A stretch of 17,312 nt of DNA from a virus (taxonomy: Duplodnaviria; Heunggongvirae; Uroviricota; Caudoviricetes), in the IMG/VR virus record IMGVR_UViG_2531839532_000013, positions 1-17,312 of that record, one strand, 5' to 3'. Every line of letters starts with the position of its first letter. Position 1 is the stretch's first letter. The position numbers were made by a program, and so were the translations under genes. A model generated the notes under the pieces. It saw only the letters and a program-made list of their open reading frames with translations. It did no database searches and was not told where the DNA came from. Below are positions 15,555 through 17,312 of this stretch, piece by piece.

Positions 15555-17312
15555 CTATTTCATCAAGTAATCCAATTCATCCTTCATAGGTATAACTTGC
15601 TCATAAAGTCTATGGTAGGATTTTCCAATTGCACCCCTAAATTGAATAAGTTTAGGGGAAAAGCTACCGATATTAATAATATGTTCTTGCGCTATACCAG
15701 GATATGGATCGATAAAAATAATCTCTGTCATACCTAACTGATAAGCTTTTTTAGCACAAAGTTCACAAGGGCTAGCTGTAGTATATAGTTTCCCTCCATT
15801 AATACCGACCCCACCATATTTGGCCAATTGCAAAAAAGCATTCTCCTCTGCGTGCAATGCACGGGTATGCACTTGATTCCCTTTCTTTTCATCATCAAGG
15901 CTGTTGTGAATATCTTTAAAACAATATGGCAAATTAAGTCCTTTAAAAACAGTAGAACTTGAATCACTCGCCCTTATTTTTATTAAATTTTCTTTAACTT
16001 TACTCCTAAATTTTGTATTACTTCGTTCGTACAGGCTATATGTTCCCTCATCAAAATCATGCAATAACCCATCAAATGACCTCATAGAACAAGGAACTTG
16101 ACCTTTTGCTACATCGTTCCAACCAACTGACTTGATAGAGTTATCATTATCTGTCACAACCGCCCCTACTTGCCTAGATATACATCCAGAATTTAGTTTT
16201 ACAGTATATGCAACTTGCATAACCCTTTCCATGGCGGTAGGAGATATTAATCCAGGGTGTTGCATTAATGATACATACCACGCAATTTGTGCTTTGAGAA
16301 AATTATTATTATCAAATTCTTTTTTAGGGTTAAAAAAATGTATATCTGAAATTTCAATGCATTTTTTTACATTAGGATTAGTAAGATGATTATACTCGCC
16401 ATCTCCTTTACCAGATTCTTCATCATTAATTTTTTTTATCTGTTCCTCTGAGAACTTATGTAATTTCTTTAAATATCTGGTTCGATGTTCATCTGGTGCA
16501 TTTATAGAAACCAGATGGAATGCAGCATATCTATCTTTGAAGAATTTAGCTTCATACGGGTTACGTATCGCATCAATGACTATATACGCTTTATTATTCT
16601 TTACTTTTCTAATTATTTTAATAACACGATTAATTGTTTCAGGTAAATGAAAAACAGCCTTTGGAATAAAGTCTTGATTTTCATAATCTACATCAACCTT
16701 CCCTATTCTTCTAATTGACTTTCCTGCTGACTGATATAGCTCAATATATAAACCTGGCTCTAGTTCATTTAATTCCCTTTTAAAATCCCGTGTAAATTTT
16801 CGAGTAAGAGTTAATATCCTAATAAAGGTATCTTTCCCCCTGCCTTTAAAGTCAATCTCATCATCATGATTAAGAAGATTTTTTATCACCTTAAGATATT
16901 TTATCTTCAACAAACTTTTAGCGAACACACCATTAACAACCAGTTTCTTGGCTGCCTTAAAGGAAATCGAATTTTCTTTTTTATCGGGGATTTTACTTGC
17001 AGAAAACTGAATGAATTTAGCTAAGGCCGATGGAGATAAAAGGAGCAAATATATTGAAATGAGATCACTGACCTTTATCGAATAGAAGTTCTTCCAATGA
17101 GTCTCTGCAAAATTTTTTACTATTTCATAACGCCGCAAATCCAATCCTTTATAATACTCAGCCAAGACGTTACTATCTGGAAAAGATATTTTTTTTTGTT
17201 CTAAAATATTTGCTGCAGTAGTACATCCTGAGCCAGTTCTCCCAGTTAAACCAATAAGAATAAATTGACTATTTTCTAAAAAAAGCTCACTAATAAATTT
17301 GTGTTCTCTCAT
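15555..17312 (-). CDS. P-loop nucleotide-kinase-like / dCMP-deaminase fusion protein, 585 aa (AvcD / defensive dCTP-deaminase-like)
   Basis: ATG at 17312-17310, the last three bases of the window, so the true start could lie upstream. N-terminal P-loop GLTGRTGSGCTT (residues 21-32); C-terminal zinc-deaminase motif HAE (487-489) ... PCELC (515-519) followed by the dCMP-deaminase-like tail AKKAYQLGMTEIIF. Strongly AT-rich; convergent with int, stop codons 13 nt apart. Confidence 0.7.
   Translation of the reverse strand: MREHKFISELFLENSQFILIGLTGRTGSGCTTAANILEQKKISFPDSNVLAEYYKGLDLRRYEIVKNFAETHWKNFYSIKVSDLISIYLLLLSPSALAKFIQFSASKIPDKKENSISFKAAKKLVVNGVFAKSLLKIKYLKVIKNLLNHDDEIDFKGRGKDTFIRILTLTRKFTRDFKRELNELEPGLYIELYQSAGKSIRRIGKVDVDYENQDFIPKAVFHLPETINRVIKIIRKVKNNKAYIVIDAIRNPYEAKFFKDRYAAFHLVSINAPDEHRTRYLKKLHKFSEEQIKKINDEESGKGDGEYNHLTNPNVKKCIEISDIHFFNPKKEFDNNNFLKAQIAWYVSLMQHPGLISPTAMERVMQVAYTVKLNSGCISRQVGAVVTDNDNSIKSVGWNDVAKGQVPCSMRSFDGLLHDFDEGTYSLYERSNTKFRSKVKENLIKIRASDSSSTVFKGLNLPYCFKDIHNSLDDEKKGNQVHTRALHAEENAFLQLAKYGGVGINGGKLYTTASPCELCAKKAYQLGMTEIIFIDPYPGIAQEHIINIGSFSPKLIQFRGAIGKSYHRLYEQVIPMKDELDYLMK

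Noticed and set aside
15734-16389. ORFs 15734..15967 (-) and 16132..16389 (+) inside the deaminase-fusion gene
   Set aside because: Alternative-frame and antisense shadows within a long AT-rich gene.
15555-17312. The 585-aa ORF as a P2 Old-type exclusion nuclease (almost identical length, and old is a classic P2 cargo gene)
   Set aside because: Old proteins have a canonical lysine-containing ABC-type Walker A and a C-terminal Toprim domain; this protein instead has a lysine-less P-loop and an unmistakable HAE...PCxxC deaminase zinc site, and it is not at the old locus between A and cos.
1-17312. CRISPR arrays, tRNA genes, rRNA genes or insertion sequences
   Set aside because: Looked for regularly spaced direct repeats, cloverleaf-sized structured segments and transposase-like ORFs with terminal inverted repeats; none seen. 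The only stable RNA is tmRNA.

Overview
The window opens with the E. coli smpB–ssrA (tmRNA) locus and then runs into a P2/186-family (Fels-2-like) prophage that I read as partly deleted. All calls rest on motif recognition and reading-frame inspection by eye; no searches were run. The prophage keeps tyrosine integrase, CI-type repressor, a strong leftward early promoter with repeated operator-like sites, Cox/Apl-like and CII-like regulators, a translationally coupled early operon (TraR-type zinc finger, Dam methylase, gpA-type replication endonuclease), a cos-like site, terminase large subunit gpP, portal gpQ and scaffold gpO. Capsid gene N through tail gene FII appear to be missing: gpO abuts a gpE/E' chaperone remnant that still has a TTTTTTG -1 frameshift site, followed by a 445-aa N-terminal fragment of the tape-measure gene ending about 140 bp from ssrA. 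AT-rich cargo sits at the positions P2-like phages use for accessory genes: a DUF2158-like plus unknown overlapping gene pair between Q and cos, a signal-peptide protein, and a LexA-box-preceded Tum-like/DinI-like pair between cos and A. The most interesting candidate is a 585-aa AT-rich gene 13 bp beyond the integrase, running to the window edge, with an N-terminal P-loop (Cys in place of the Walker-A Lys) and a C-terminal dCMP-deaminase zinc motif (HAE...PCxxC). That is the architecture of AvcD / defensive dCTP-deaminase nucleotide-depletion proteins; its upstream region lies outside the window.
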